From Octopus vulgaris (taxonomy: Eukaryota), in contig OX597825.1 in assembly GCA_951406725.2 (NCBI GenBank), positions 84,072,001 through 84,136,000 of the forward strand: 64,000 nucleotides of DNA, given 5' to 3'. Shown here piece after piece: positions 14,030-27,582 of the stretch (its first letter is position 1; every line of letters begins with the position of its first letter). Both the position numbers and the translations under genes were made by a program. The notes below the pieces were generated by a model. That model searched no databases and was not told the DNA's origin. It saw only the letters and a program-made list of their open reading frames with translations.

Positions 14030-15034
14030 GTTGAAAACTCTTGATGTTCTGTGGGAAAGGAAAAAAATAATATTTCGAATTCCATGCAATGAAATTCTTA
14101 AATAAAAGTCTTCTGTCCTTTGATGTGACAACATAAACATGTTCAAATGGCCTTCAGCATTTTTCCGCGCTCGTTTCTTTGCCATTCTTAGTTCCAACTG
14201 TTCCAAGTGAAATACATTCAGCAGAAAGTAATGTGTTTGCAAAGATGCAGAAGCAGGATTTGTCGCTCCAAAGAACTTTTGACCAGTCTCCGGTCGTCCA
14301 TTCAATTTGGCTTTTAGCAAACTTGATCCGCTTCCATCAGATCGTCTCAGAAATTGTCGGCTTCTTTCGAGCGATCCGGCCGAACCGTCCAAATTTTTTT
14401 AGACCTTTCTGACAGCTTATGATGTAAAGCTGATGTCACTTTCATCAGATAATTGCTTGCAAATGTCCACTGCTGTTAGCATTCGGTTACCTTCAGAGAA
14501 CCTAAGAATACGCCGATCGATCTGTACTGTTGTTTTCTCGGAGCGCCCGTTTTTTGCCGATCTTTGTATTGGCCAGTGGCTCGGTAAAGCCTCCATGCTT
14601 GAACACAAGCCATTTTGCTGTATCCTAATTGCTTGCTAGTGTTCACAAGGGACACATTTTGCTGATGAAGCAGCATGATCTTTGATCTAGTGATTGGGCT
14701 GATACTACAACTTATTCGCATTGCTAATTAACATGTAATAATGTGCGATTATTAAACAAAACGGTGCAGTACGACCAGCCATATGACCACCCATTCGGTT
14801 TATCAATTTGCATAATATTGGCGCAGTTTTAAACCTATTTCTAATCATTTGAATTAATTGCGCATTAAAATTATTGAAATTGTAAAAAGATATATAACGC
14901 CTATATCATTGGAAAGAGAAAAAATTCTATATAAACTGTAAAAAGTAAAATAACTTTATACAGTTTCATTAAAGACAAACTAATGAAGGAATAGGACGGT
15001 CATCATCGGTCTTAAACTTATTTTGACCAGAGTA
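14030..15034 (-). mobile_element. Tc1-like transposon remnant (one terminus plus degraded transposase)
   Basis: Frameshifted minus-strand pieces ISPITRSKIMLLHQQ.., GRSEKTTVQIDRRILRFS..LTAVDI and EWTTGDWSKVLWSDKSCF (the Tc1 W..VLWSDE motif). Candidate terminus TA-CTCTGGTCAAAATAAG at 15034. Confidence 0.75.
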
Positions 15035-15437
15035 CATGGTGGTAGTCTACACCTTATGAAGAGTCTGACCACCTCTTGTACTTACATCTTAGTTCCATCA
15101 TGGCGTCTGATGTGGCTTTTTAAACTAGACAATGTATTGAAAAAACACCCCACATAAATTTGGACCACCAAGAGCTGCAGTTAAGTTTTGATCTTTGTAG
15201 ATCTTAGAATGTCTTTTGAGGCCTCCGTTAGATTTTTCAGACTTTATAGATAGTCTGCCTGGCTATCTATCTATATATTGACCTCTGTGTGTACATGAGT
15301 CTGTTTGTCAATCTATCTATCTATCTATCTATCTTTTTTTTTTCTTTTGTTTTTTGTTCTCTTCATCCCCCAAAAGAAAAGCTCTACCTTGTAACTTGTC
15401 CCATCTGTGTGCAGCCCTGTGTGGCCAATAAAGAAAC

Positions 15438-15596
<159 letters not shown>

Positions 15597-15599
15597 AAC

Positions 15600-15912
15600 A
15601 TGTATTAATCTATCAACATCTATACACTTAGTTAACAGATATCTTAGATATGTTTTGGCCAAAGATTGCACCACTTTATAGGATCTGCTAATACGTTTTT
15701 AAATCAAGTCTTGTGGTATCATAGCTCATTCATGTAGGGATTTGTTGTTGACTGAAATGTATCCAATTATTGGTGGCTTATCTGGTATCCCTTGAAGAAA
15801 TTTGTCCAGGTTTCCTTTGAAGGTGATGGGATTTTTTTCTTTGATTTGTTTTGAGATAATGAAAAATTGAGAAGGGACTGTTGAGGAAAAAAAGTTGTGT
15901 TGGTGCGAATCT
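15600..15912 (-). mobile_element. CR1/L2-like LINE 3' end
   Basis: FKGNLDKFLQGIPDKPPIIGYISVNNKSL. Same family as 41163-41430. Confidence 0.7.
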
Positions 15913-15915
15913 ACG

Positions 15916-16124
15916 TGATGGTGGGGGAACAAACACACATACATAAACACACACACACCACCACCCATATATATATATACGACGGGCTTCTTTCAGTTTC
16001 TGTCTACCAAATCCACTCACAAGGCTTTGGTCGGCTCGAGGCTATAGTGCCATGCAGCGGGACTGAACCCGGAACCACGTGGCTGGGAAGGAAGCTTCTT
16101 ACCACACAGCCATGCCTGCCCCTA
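15916..16124 (-). mobile_element. SINE family A, 5' half with an internal deletion
   Basis: Reverse complement of the head and ..GGATTTGGTAGACAGAAACTGAAAGAAGCCCGTCG. The CORE-like segment is missing. Confidence 0.85.
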
Positions 16125-16326
16125 TGTGTGTAAACATATATAAATATGTGTTCGTACGGGTGCGCGCGTATGTATATGTATATGTGTCCATCGATACATA
16201 CAACCATACATGCATATATATATGTGGAAAAATAGAGATTTAGGTATACACATATGTACACACACATACACAAACACACCTACGTATACACACACATATA
16301 CGTATATATATATATATATATATAAG

Positions 16327-16361
<35 letters not shown>

Positions 16362-17858
16362 TGCATACATCCATATATATGCACACACAAAACATGAACC
16401 AAACATGAACCGCGTGTGAATAATTTTTACACACGCGTACACACGCATATATATATATACACCCATATTTACAGGTATACATTCACATATATACATACAT
16501 ATATAAATACACATACACATGTAGACACATATATGCATGCAAATATTATCATATATGCAACCGCATTCGCACACACACACACACACACGCGCAAACACAA
16601 ATAACACACACATAATCTTTAAAGTTTTACATCACGATTTCTTTTATAAGGTATCTGAATTTTGTAAATTACCTATTGAATCTGACATTTTCTCCATGCG
16701 GTTATTTAGAGCTAAAAGAAAGCAAGAGGCTCTAATGCACAAAAATAAACACACAAACATATATATACACCCACGGATTAACATACACATACCACTCACA
16801 CTCTCTCGTTATTCTAAACTAACCGAAGCAAATTTCTTCTTTATTTTTGTTTATTTTAATTTTTTGGTTTGCGAAATTCATTTATCCATCGTCTGTTTTT
16901 TTTTTCCTTTTTTCTAAGTCTCTCTTCTCTTTTGTTACTTCTTTTTCTCTTTTCCTGTCTTCTTTCTTCCTCTCCATAACGGAATCTGTGATAGAAAATC
17001 TAAAAAGATGTGAGATGTGAAATTTGATTGCACAGTGAGAAACGACGTAAGATTAACTTCATTCCAAGCTTTAAATTGTTTAACTTGTCAAAACAACACC
17101 AACATGAACAAGAACTTACTTTGCAACAAAAACTACAGCAAAAATGACAATAGCTACAACAGCATTAATAACCACAATGTCAAGAGTAGTACAATCGAAA
17201 TTTAAAACCAACAAACAACTGAAACTTAAAATTTATTAAAACACACGTTGTTGTTGCTGTTGTTGTTGTTGCTATTTTCCTCTGTTACTCTTATTGCTGT
17301 TTGTGTGGTTTTCGGTTCGTTTTTCTTCCCAAATTACCTATCATTGCTAAATGTAAGCACAATATTTTCAATGAATTGATGTTCTTCGTGCTGTTGTTGA
17401 AGATAAAACGATGGTATCTTATAGAACAACTAGGAAACCAAACAGGAATTATAACGAAATAAGAGCTTCCTAATGCTGGATTCTTATTCATTCTTTCACA
17501 AATTGCAACCAGTGCATGTGGCCATGCTGGGGCACAGTAAAAACAAAGTGCAGCAGGAACAGAAATCAATAAGAGAATCTTTACACGTGCCAATGAAGGA
17601 ACCGCATCATGATCCAATACGGAAGCATCCAGATGAACCAGGGAGAATGCTTTACGTCGTCTGAGGAAATGCTAGAAGTAGCAGCCATGTTACTCTCGAA
17701 CTATGTCCTACAATCTTTAAAAGCGGAAGAGCATACTGAATACTATACTCTTAGTTGTACTACGTACATAAAAAGAAAAGATTGGTCAGTCACAACTGGA
17801 ATTTGTTGGGCACCAATCAACAATAAGATAGTTACGTAATGAATCTTGATATTACTAC

Positions 17859-18230
17859 GACACTTTGTCGGTTATGACGACGAGGGTTCTAGTTAATCCA
17901 ATCAACGGAAGAGCCTGCTCTCGAAATTAACGTGCAAGTGGTTGAGCACTCCACAGACACGTGTACCAGTAACGTAGTTCTCGGGGAGATTCAGCGTGAC
18001 ACAGAGTGTGACAAGGCTGTCCTTTTGAAATACAGGTACAAGAGAAACAAAAAGAAAGAGTGAAAGTTGCGGTGAAAGAGTACAGCATGTTTCGCCACCA
18101 TCCCCTGCCGGAGCCTCGTGGAGATTTAGATGTTTTTGCTCAATAAACACTCACAACGCCCGATCTGGGAATCGAGACCGCGATCCTACGACCGTGGGTC
18201 CGCTGTCCTAACCACTGGTCCATTGCGCCT
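17859..18230 (-). mobile_element. tRNA-derived SINE family C, full length
   Basis: Collinear with 6456-6793 and has a tRNA-like head. Confidence 0.88.
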
Positions 18231-18349
18231 GCACAAATCTTCATATAACAGTGTCTAGATATAGCATTACTCAGAAAATTTTGCATCAAAAATATCTCAT
18301 GTCACGAGCCAGAACAGTGAATATTCAATAAAAACTTCTGATCTTTGAA

Positions 18350-18528
18350 AAACTTTGTTCACATTTACATTATGTACATTATTTACATTTGACAGATATT
18401 TGTCTTCATCTTGTTTGTTATTAGCACAACGTTTTGGCTGATATACCCTCCAGCCTTCATCAGGTGTCTTGGGGAAATGTCGAACCTGGATTCTCATTCC
18501 TAAGGTATTTTTTCGATGTTATTATTAC

Positions 18529-18609
<81 letters not shown>

Positions 18610-18612
18610 CAT
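18350..18612 (-). mobile_element. Family G tail with hammerhead (HHR family 4) and (TAA)n linker
   Basis: Minus 18468-18424 reads GACAC-CUGAUGA-A-GGCUG..CAGCC-AAAA-CG-UU-GUGCU (G12 mutated to A). Flanks match 10525-10680. Confidence 0.75.
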
Positions 18613-18621
18613 TCAGTAGTT

Positions 18622-19080
18622 TTATTTTTATAGCGTGCTTTCACTTCACTACCGAGCGCAGCTCTGTGTGCCTTAGGTATGTGCTGTGATTTGTTGTGAT
18701 GCTCTGATGGTTATGTGTGTAGGATAGAAATGTATTCCTCACGTGTCCATTTATGTCTTTTGGGTTTTATCTGCGGGACATGAGGAACAACGTCCGGCCC
18801 ATTATTTTCACGGTCGTCATTTTTGTAGGGTACCGGTCCGTTCATTTCTGTTGTCACATTGTTTTGCACGTGTAGTTTTTCGCACATTTTGTGTTGTAAG
18901 TTTAAGGTACGTACCTCCCGATTGTTATTCTTGGGTTGAATAATATCGGTGGTATTTAATTTCTTCGTAGTTTCTTTGTACATGGTGTTTGGGGTCGGGG
19001 ATGATCTGGTGTTGATTGATCGTAATGTTTCACGCATGTTTACATGTGTTGTGTTAGAGGTGGAGATGATATCGAGTCAA
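18622..19080 (-). mobile_element. R4/Dong-like non-LTR element, apparently internally deleted
   Basis: ORF 18711-19037 ends in KRHKWTREEYISILH, resembling the N-terminal R-x-K-W-T-x-E-E motif of R4/Dong ORFs. It is joined to a short tail ending in (TAA)n. Confidence 0.55.
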
Positions 19081-19269
19081 AATACATCATTTCGTTTCGA
19101 AAATAGTAATACATTTTAATGAGCATTACTTACTCGGGTACAGTCCAATCCTTTGTTAGTAAATCTTTGGTTTCATACGATGTCCTTGTTTGCGATGTTT
19201 GTGTATAGATTTCAGAGCTCTGTTGTATCGTTCTTACATCTTAAACGTCCCCCGGTGTTCCTCTTACAT

Positions 19270-19270
19270 C

Positions 19271-19362
<92 letters not shown>

Positions 19363-19680
19363 GAGTGAGAGAGCAGTGCATGCCATCAAAGTGACACTGG
19401 GGTAAAATATATGAAGCCCAGTATACCCATCATGACTACCCGTCTCATAAGGGTACACCAGGCACATGCATCACAACCATATGTGCACGACATGGTGATC
19501 TCATATCAAGATAAACAGCACATGACCTTGCAGGTGGGGCCCAGTTAGAATTTTCTTCAGGTTGAGTAGCCCATCCCGCTCAAAAGGTCCCTGAATAAGG
19601 GTTGTTTAAGGATGTTGAAAGAACCACCCATGTTTCCAGAGGTGAATTATTCAAACCCCAAAGAATCCCTCTCAACACAT
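19270..19680 (-). mobile_element. Unclassified element of about 325 bp (19355-19680) with a (TAA)n tail, embedded in TAA arrays
   Basis: Complex sequence bounded on both sides by long (TTA)n runs. No coding similarity recognised. Confidence 0.45.
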
Positions 19681-19691
19681 ATCATTATTAC

Positions 19692-19767
<76 letters not shown>

Positions 19768-19769
<2 letters not shown>

Positions 19770-19935
19770 GTTCTGAGTTCAAATTCTGCCGAGGTCAACT
19801 TTGCCTTTCATCCTTTCAGGGTCGATTAAATAAGTGCCAGTTACGCACTGGAGTCGATATAATCCACTTACTCCTTTTGTCTGTCCTTGTTTGTCCCCTC
19901 TCTTTTTAGCCCCTTGTGGGCAATAAAGAAATAAA
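19768..19935 (+). mobile_element. SINE family B, 5'-truncated
   Basis: GTTCTGAGTTCAAATTCTGCCGAGGTCAACTTTGCCTTTCATCCTTTCAGGGTCGATTAAATAAGT. Confidence 0.85.
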
Positions 19936-20877
19936 TATATTCGATCACAAAGAAAATCACTTTAGATGGTAACCAAAATTATTTTTAGCGTTGAATGAAA
20001 GTGTATAAATACCATCTTGTAGTTCTTCTTGTATATTTTCGTTTTATTTTAGAAGATACTTATGTAAAAATGAAATCGTTCTCCTTTCATCCACAATTAA
20101 CGTAAATTAATTTTTTCAAACATTAGAAAGTGGTTCATTATACTAAGATAAATTCCTAAGACGTATATATATATAAAGTGTTAAGTAAATTCAATTTAAA
20201 CGAAAATATCGATAAAAAAATACAAAAATACAAATTTAGCAAAGCTCTTCAGTTTGAAGATGTTGAGCTTTAACTTATTAATATCCTAACTCATTAATAT
20301 CTTAAATTTTATCACTACAAGAAAATCTTTGAAGAATTAATGAATACACAATACCTTACTTAACTTTTCTTTTTTTTTTTCATTTTTCGTTCATAATGTC
20401 CTCTAATTATAAATATCTTCATCTTTAGGTTTGGCAGCACTGTTTCATAATTTCATAAACCTTTAGATTAATTCCTACAATCACAGAAATATTAAGCATC
20501 CTACATACTGTTGCATACAAATACCCACACTTTTCACCCGAACATAGCTTTACCTCATTATTTCTCCCCTGTTAACCGTATATTTCACATTATTCCTTCT
20601 TTGGCTATTTCTATCGATTCTTAATAATTCCCTTTTATCGATAATTCCACTCTATCCGTTCGAACGATTTCTATCACCTTTAATCTGTTTATCAGGTTTC
20701 TTTTTTTTTTACAAATATTTATTCTTTCTTCACAATGGCGAAGCGTCGATGTTACTCTTACACATACACGTTTATATATATATATATATATATATATAGA
20801 TATATATATAATTTTTTCCGTAATGAGATAAAAAAAACAAGGCTGTGTAGATTTTAGAGCATTTATAAATAGTGTTA

Positions 20878-21142
20878 TAGTAATTCCTCGCTATATCGTG
20901 GATCGCTTATCGCGGTTCACCTGTCGCGATTCACCTATCACGGTTCGCCTATCGCGGATTATTATTTAAGCTTACGTCGATCACTCCATGGAGGTGTTTT
21001 GCATTTCTGATAAAATAACTTTATACAAATTATAAAAATAATAATTTAAAAAATGTACAATACAGTAGTTTCTACTTCGCGGATTTTCATCTACCACGGG
21101 GGATTTTGGAACGTAACACCCACGATAGTTGAGGGATTACTG
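20878..21142. mobile_element. Tigger/pogo-like MITE
   Basis: TA-flanked inverted termini TAGTAATTCCTCG / GAGGGATTACTG (CAGT..CCTCG type), with four degenerate 14-bp subterminal repeats (CGCGGTTCACCTGT-like). Confidence 0.75.
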
Positions 21143-22519
21143 TATATACATATACAACACACACATATGCATATATATATATACGACACACACACACACA
21201 TATGTATATATGCATATATGTATATATATATGTATATATGGATATAATTCATGCGTATTTGTTTATTTATATACGTGTATGCATATATATAAACATTTAT
21301 ATTTAGAATTATATATATATACATTCATATATATTTGCACACACACACACACACACATTCATACATACGCACACAGACACACACGCAGGCACACAGACAC
21401 ACAGACACGCAGACACATTGACACACATACATAATCAAAAGTTTCGGAAGCCAACGGAACGTAAGAAAAACCCCGACAAAAACATGAAACGAGAAATAGA
21501 AACGAAACGAAAACTACAATAAGCATGGAAACATAACAAAACAATAACAAAGAAAAAAGAAAACAAATAGAAGACAAATACGAAACAAAAATTTCAAAGA
21601 TTACTGTCTGATAAATGAGATGATTAAGATAATAGTCGAAAATTGATCAATTACTGAAGAATCTTTTGTCTTTAGAAAAGAACGAGGGACGAAGTGTTTG
21701 TGAGAGTTTTTTTTTTTATTATACATATACAAGACGAAAAAAAGATTTATGTATTCCAGTCCCACCGTACGCAGTGAGGTTAATTTCTGAAGCGATGTCT
21801 TTGTTTTTCTCATATTATTTTTTCGTATCTTAATTTCTCTGTTCTTTCTTTTTCCATGGTGAATCTAGGATGCTGCAGAAATGGGTTGCGCTCTATAAAA
21901 TGGTAATAACATGACATAGTAGTGAGGTTAAGGCAGCGGTAATTACTTTAACGCAGCTTTCTACCAAATTAAAGCATGGAAATAGTGCGAAGAGCAGCGC
22001 CAATATAACGAATTCTTGCTAAACAGCCATCTTGTTACTACAATCTATTACATTCGAATTTAGCTGAAAATGACACACACACTCACATACACATACACAC
22101 ACACAAACGTACTCATATACTGATATGTGCATATACATAGCTAGACGCATACCTACTTGCATGTATACAAACAAGCAAAGAGACAGACGAAGAGAATAAA
22201 AAATGTAATGGAAAAGAATCAGGAATGGTTCTTTTCCAACTATTTATACACAAGATCCGTGCGTTACATAAAAGATTATGACGAGAATTGAAGAAGGCAA
22301 ATGGCGGTATGTGACGGAATTGACCAAATCCGAATGAAAAAGAAAACACACGCACATACACAGACAGACATGCACACAGGCACACATATACGCACACACA
22401 CAGATACATACATAGATATCTATATACATATACACATCAATACATTCACGCCCACACTTCTCTCTCTCTCTCTCACACACGCACACAAACACATATATGT
22501 ATGTATATACATACATACA

Positions 22520-22584
<65 letters not shown>

Positions 22585-22718
22585 GAAGAGGGAGAGAATG
22601 TATGTGTTAGAGTGATAGAAAAAGGAGAGAGAGAGAGAGAGAGAGAGGGAGCGTGTGTGTGTATGTAAGAGAGAAAGAATACAACACAGAAAAGACAGAA
22701 TCCCTTTTTTTTTTTACT

Positions 22719-23147
22719 CTAGGCACAAGGCCCGAAATTGTAGGAGAAGGGACAAGTTGATTACATCAACCCCAGTACGCAACTGGTACTTAATTTAACG
22801 ACACTGAAAGGAAGAAAGGCAAAGTCGACCTCGGTGGAATTTGAACTTGTCAAATTTTGACTCAATGCCAATAATTTTGGAGGAGGTGGTAGGTCGATTA
22901 TATCGACCCTAGTACATGACTGGTATTTATTTTATCGACCCCAAAAGAATGAAAGCTAAGATCGTCCTCGTCGGATCTCGAACTCAGAACAAAAAGATAG
23001 TCGAAATGCCTCCAAGCACTTTTTTCGCCCGGTGTGCTAACGATTCTGCCAGCTCGCTGCCTTGAGAGAAGTAGTAGCAGCAGTAGCAACAACAGAAGCA
23101 GAAACAGCAGCAGCAGCAGCAGCAGTGGTGGGAGTAGTAGTAGTAGT

Positions 23148-23182
<35 letters not shown>

Positions 23183-23402
23183 TAGTACTAGTAACAATAA
23201 TGATTTCAAATTTTGGAACAAGGCCAGCAATTTTCGGGGTAGGTGGTAAGTCGACAACAACGACATCAGTACACAACTGGTACTTATTTTACTAACTCCG
23301 AAAGAATGAAAGACTAAATCGACTTTGGCGGAATTCGAACTCAGAGTGTAAAGACGGACGAAATGCCGCTAAGCATATTGCCCGGTGTATTAATATTATT
23401 AT

Positions 23403-23459
<57 letters not shown>

Positions 23460-23681
23460 GTAATAATCCTTTCTATTATAAGAACAAACCTTGAGATTTT
23501 GCGGGGGGGATTAGTTGACTCCATCAACCCCAGTGTTTCACTGGTACTTAATTAATCGACCCCAAAAGGATGAAAGGCAATGACAACCTTGGCGGAATTT
23601 GAATTCAGAACTTAAAGACTAGTGAAATACCACTAAGCGTTTTGCCCGGCGTGCTTAGCGATTCTGCTAACTCGCCGCCTT
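22719..23681 (-). mobile_element. Four co-oriented SINE family B copies (22719-22848, 22867-23063, 23200-23392, 23468-23681)
   Basis: Each matches the family-B core. They are separated by (GTA/GCA)n and (AAT)n microsatellites. Confidence 0.85.
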
Positions 23682-23769
23682 GTCTAACAACAACAACAAG
23701 GATAATAAGGTTCACACACATACACACACAGCCATCGAAACAATACACACACTCACTCATACAAACATA

Positions 23770-23955
23770 TTTTCTTTCGGTCAGGTCAGTCTGTTGCTGC
23801 TCTGGAATTTCGTCTGTGTGGTGACATCTTCACCAAGCAAATTATAATTTTCCTGACGTCGTAATATGCCTGATGAGCCCGTGAACTTACGAGCGAAACT
23901 CCGGAGCAGCGAGTCATTCACCCGGTAAATAAATAGAAAATAAATAAATAAATAT
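23770..23955 (+). mobile_element. Hammerhead-bearing repeat, HHR family 5
   Basis: 23867-23911 reads UGC-CUGAUGA-GCCCGU..ACGAGC-GAAA-CUCCGGAG-CA-GCG. Helix III is palindromic, but U16.1 is C in this copy. An A-rich tail follows. Confidence 0.6.
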
Positions 23956-23964
23956 TATTAACTT

Positions 23965-24390
23965 GGAGGCGCAGGAGTGGCTGTGTGGTAAGTAGCTTGC
24001 TTACCAGTCACATGGCTCCGGGTTCAGTCCCACTGCGTGGCACCTTGGGCAAATGTCTTCTACTATAGCCGCGGGCCAACCAAAGCCTTGTGAGTGGATT
24101 TGGTAGACGGAAACTGAAAGAAGCCCGTCGTATATATGTGTATATATATGTGTGTGTGTGCGTGTATATTTGTGTGTCTGTGTTTGTGAGTGGATTTGGC
24201 AGACGGAAACTCAAAGAAGCCTGTCGTATGTACATATATATGCTTGTGTGTCTGTGTTTGTCCCCACCACCTTCGCTTAACAACCGATGTTTGAGTGTTT
24301 ACGTCCCCGTAACTTAGCAGTTCGGCTAAACAACCCGGTAGAATATATACTAGGCTTACAAAGAATAAGTCCTGGGGTCGATTTGTTCAA
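23965..24390 (+). mobile_element. SINE family A with an internal duplication of about 50 bp
   Basis: TTGTGAGTGGATTTGG(T/C)AGACGGAAACT..AAGAAGCC occurs twice, near 24088 and 24183. Confidence 0.9.
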
Positions 24391-24535
24391 CCACACGCAC
24401 ATACAAACGCAGACATACAAACACACACACAACCACACACACACACAATTACACACACAGCCACACAACCACCCACTCATACACGCAACCACGCACACAA
24501 CCACACACACATACAAACACACGCACACAGGCATC

Positions 24536-24567
<32 letters not shown>

Positions 24568-24775
24568 TAAATTTGTTCTCTTTATGGGTTCCATCATTAC
24601 TGTTGTTGTTGTTGCCGTCCTTTTCGTTCATTTAGTTTTAATTTTTAAATTTCTTTTCAGCTGATGTACTGCAAGGAGTTGGGGGTTTGCTAGGTCCTCG
24701 CCAGTTCTTTATGTTTGTACGTGTGTGGATGTGGATGTTTCCATAAATGTCTGTGTATGTATGCGCATTTATAAC

Positions 24776-24814
<39 letters not shown>

Positions 24815-24875
24815 ATGTGAATGTTTTTGTCTATTCATGATGGTATACACACACACATAGACATATCTGCTCATC

Positions 24876-24876
<1 letters not shown>

Positions 24877-24956
<80 letters not shown>

Positions 24957-24964
24957 TTATTGAG

Positions 24965-25029
<65 letters not shown>
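24877..25029. repeat. Inverted pair of (CTAT)n and (ATAG)n arrays
   Basis: About 80 bp of CTAT, a spacer of about 9 nt, then about 64 bp of ATAG. Confidence 0.9.
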
Positions 25030-25030
<1 letters not shown>

Positions 25031-25671
25031 GTACTAACTTAAAAGAATAAGTCCTGGGGTTGATTTGCTCCACTAAAGGTGCTGCTCCAGCATGGCCACA
25101 GTTAAATGATTACAACAAGTAAAAGAATAGCATAATATATATATATATCTACATGCATATGTACGCACACATATATACACACATATGGTATTACAGCAGC
25201 TATATACAGATGTGTTATTACTTTTAACTTACGCAGAGACTTTATAGTAATTGGTACCTGGTGTTTAAATTCGTATACTGCACACACACACACACATATA
25301 TGTGTGCGTGCGTGTGTGAATGTGTGTGTGTGTGTGTGAGATGAACCTATCTATGTGAACGTGTATGTATATGGTTACGTATATATGTATGCGTGCATAT
25401 ATGTATTAATGTATAAATTATAAATGCAAATATGTATGCAAATATACCTGTATATTCATAAACATTTACTGCATACATATACAGAAATACACATACATAC
25501 ACACTTACCGATATATATATACATACAGACAAGCACATAGATACAAATGTATATGAATACACACATTTATATGTACATATATGTATATATATATATATAT
25601 TCACACATACACATATATGTGTGTGTGTGTATACACACATATATATGATGATATATGTATATATATATGTA

Positions 25672-25767
<96 letters not shown>

Positions 25768-26174
25768 CAAACATATATAGAAACAAAGATACACATGTAT
25801 ATGAATATATGTGCACACACGCACACATATATGCATACATGCCTATATGTACACATACACGTACACGTAGAAACACACATTCACGTACACATATATGTAT
25901 TCGTACACACACGTTTCATGTATACAAGTTTACGCACTTTATTAGCAAACTTTGCAGAACACTATGTCCACTTCCGTAATCAAATTTTTTGTGTAATTTT
26001 CATGACATCGCCACTGAAGTCTCAGCATATGCAACAATGAAATTAACTTATCGACGGGTAGAAAATATATTTATCCAATCTGTGATCGTGAACAGAATAG
26101 AACATTTTATAATTTGTATTTCGTAATTTATAGAATTTATATTTTCCACACATACACACACGCACAAGCACAGA

Positions 26175-26279
<105 letters not shown>

Positions 26280-26468
26280 TACATATATATACACATGCAC
26301 ACAAAGATACATGCATACAAACACACACATACATATATATACATGAATGTATATGTACATATGTATGAATGTATGTATATATAATATAAAACATACTTTA
26401 TACCCACATATTTATATATGTATATATATGTGTGTGTATATATGTATATATATGTATGTATATATATG

Positions 26469-26510
<42 letters not shown>

Positions 26511-26637
26511 TAAGAACATACATACATACACACACACACACACATTTATATATATATAACTGCTGAAAGTTATAAAATCTTTGTAACTTTGAACTGATAA
26601 AAAATAATAAAATTTATATATATATATATATATATGT

Positions 26638-27532
26638 ATAGCGTGCGATGGGTTAATTGTTGCCATTTCACAATTTTTATTTCGCGCATGCGCATTGTTT
26701 GTTTCTGATTTTATCGACTACACATTATAGTAGGGTCAGTTGGGTTCCGTCTGTGAGAGAAAAAGGACCATGGCACAATTCACTTCGCAAGAAATATGGA
26801 AACGATATTCTGTACTGCTTGGCATTGATGCGGCGCTGGGAGTTCCAGTATGAACGGATTGTGAACACACGGAACAACCGTTGACTGACCGTGTCCCCAA
26901 AACATGTACCGAGAGTGATAAAAATCAAACATCCAGTCAACATCATGGTGCTTGGAGTGATCACTAGTGATGGCAACGTTATGCCTCCATTAAGCTTCCC
27001 ACACGACCTGAGGTTCAACACGGAGGCCTACATCAAATTCCTGGAGGGGGTAGTGCTACCCTGGGGCAAGAGAGTGGCTGCAGGAAGACTCTATGGCTGG
27101 CAACAGGACTCTGCACCATGTCACACAAGCAGAGAACCCAGTCATGGTTTTCAGAAATGTTTGCGACCACACCACCCCTGTCATCTGGTCACCTAACTCC
27201 CCGCACTGCAACCCCCTTGATTATTATGTGCGGGGTGCAGCTGAGCGAGAGACCAATACACTCCTAGTAACGCCAAAAATAAACTAACAGGAAAGACGAT
27301 AGCAGCATTTATTAACTTTAAAATAAAAAGTGCGCCCAGAAATGTTGCAGGAATTTCCGAAGTCGTCCGGAGGCCCTGGTTGAAGCCAATGGCGATTTAA
27401 TTGAATAAATTAACTCTTTAGTATTTCAAGATATTTTAACGCAGTTTTGGTAAATATATCTGTTAAAATGATATGTCTGTTAATATTCATCATTGGGTAA
27501 TTTACACGATAATATATTCACCGCAACCTGTA
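26638..27532 (+). mobile_element. Internally deleted Tc1/mariner-superfamily element, DD37D(maT)-like
   Basis: KHPVNIMVLGVITSDG..WQQDSAPCH..WSPNSPHCNPLDYY, with D-to-D spacing of 36-37 after frameshift correction. Degenerate inverted termini TATAGCGTGCGATG / CACCGCAACCTGTA. Confidence 0.8.
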
Positions 27533-27541
27533 CACACACAT

Positions 27542-27576
<35 letters not shown>

Positions 27577-27582
27577 AATATA

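Noticed and set aside
17609-17839. 76-aa non-repetitive ORF
   Set aside because: No recognisable motif or splice signals, and the length is within chance expectation.
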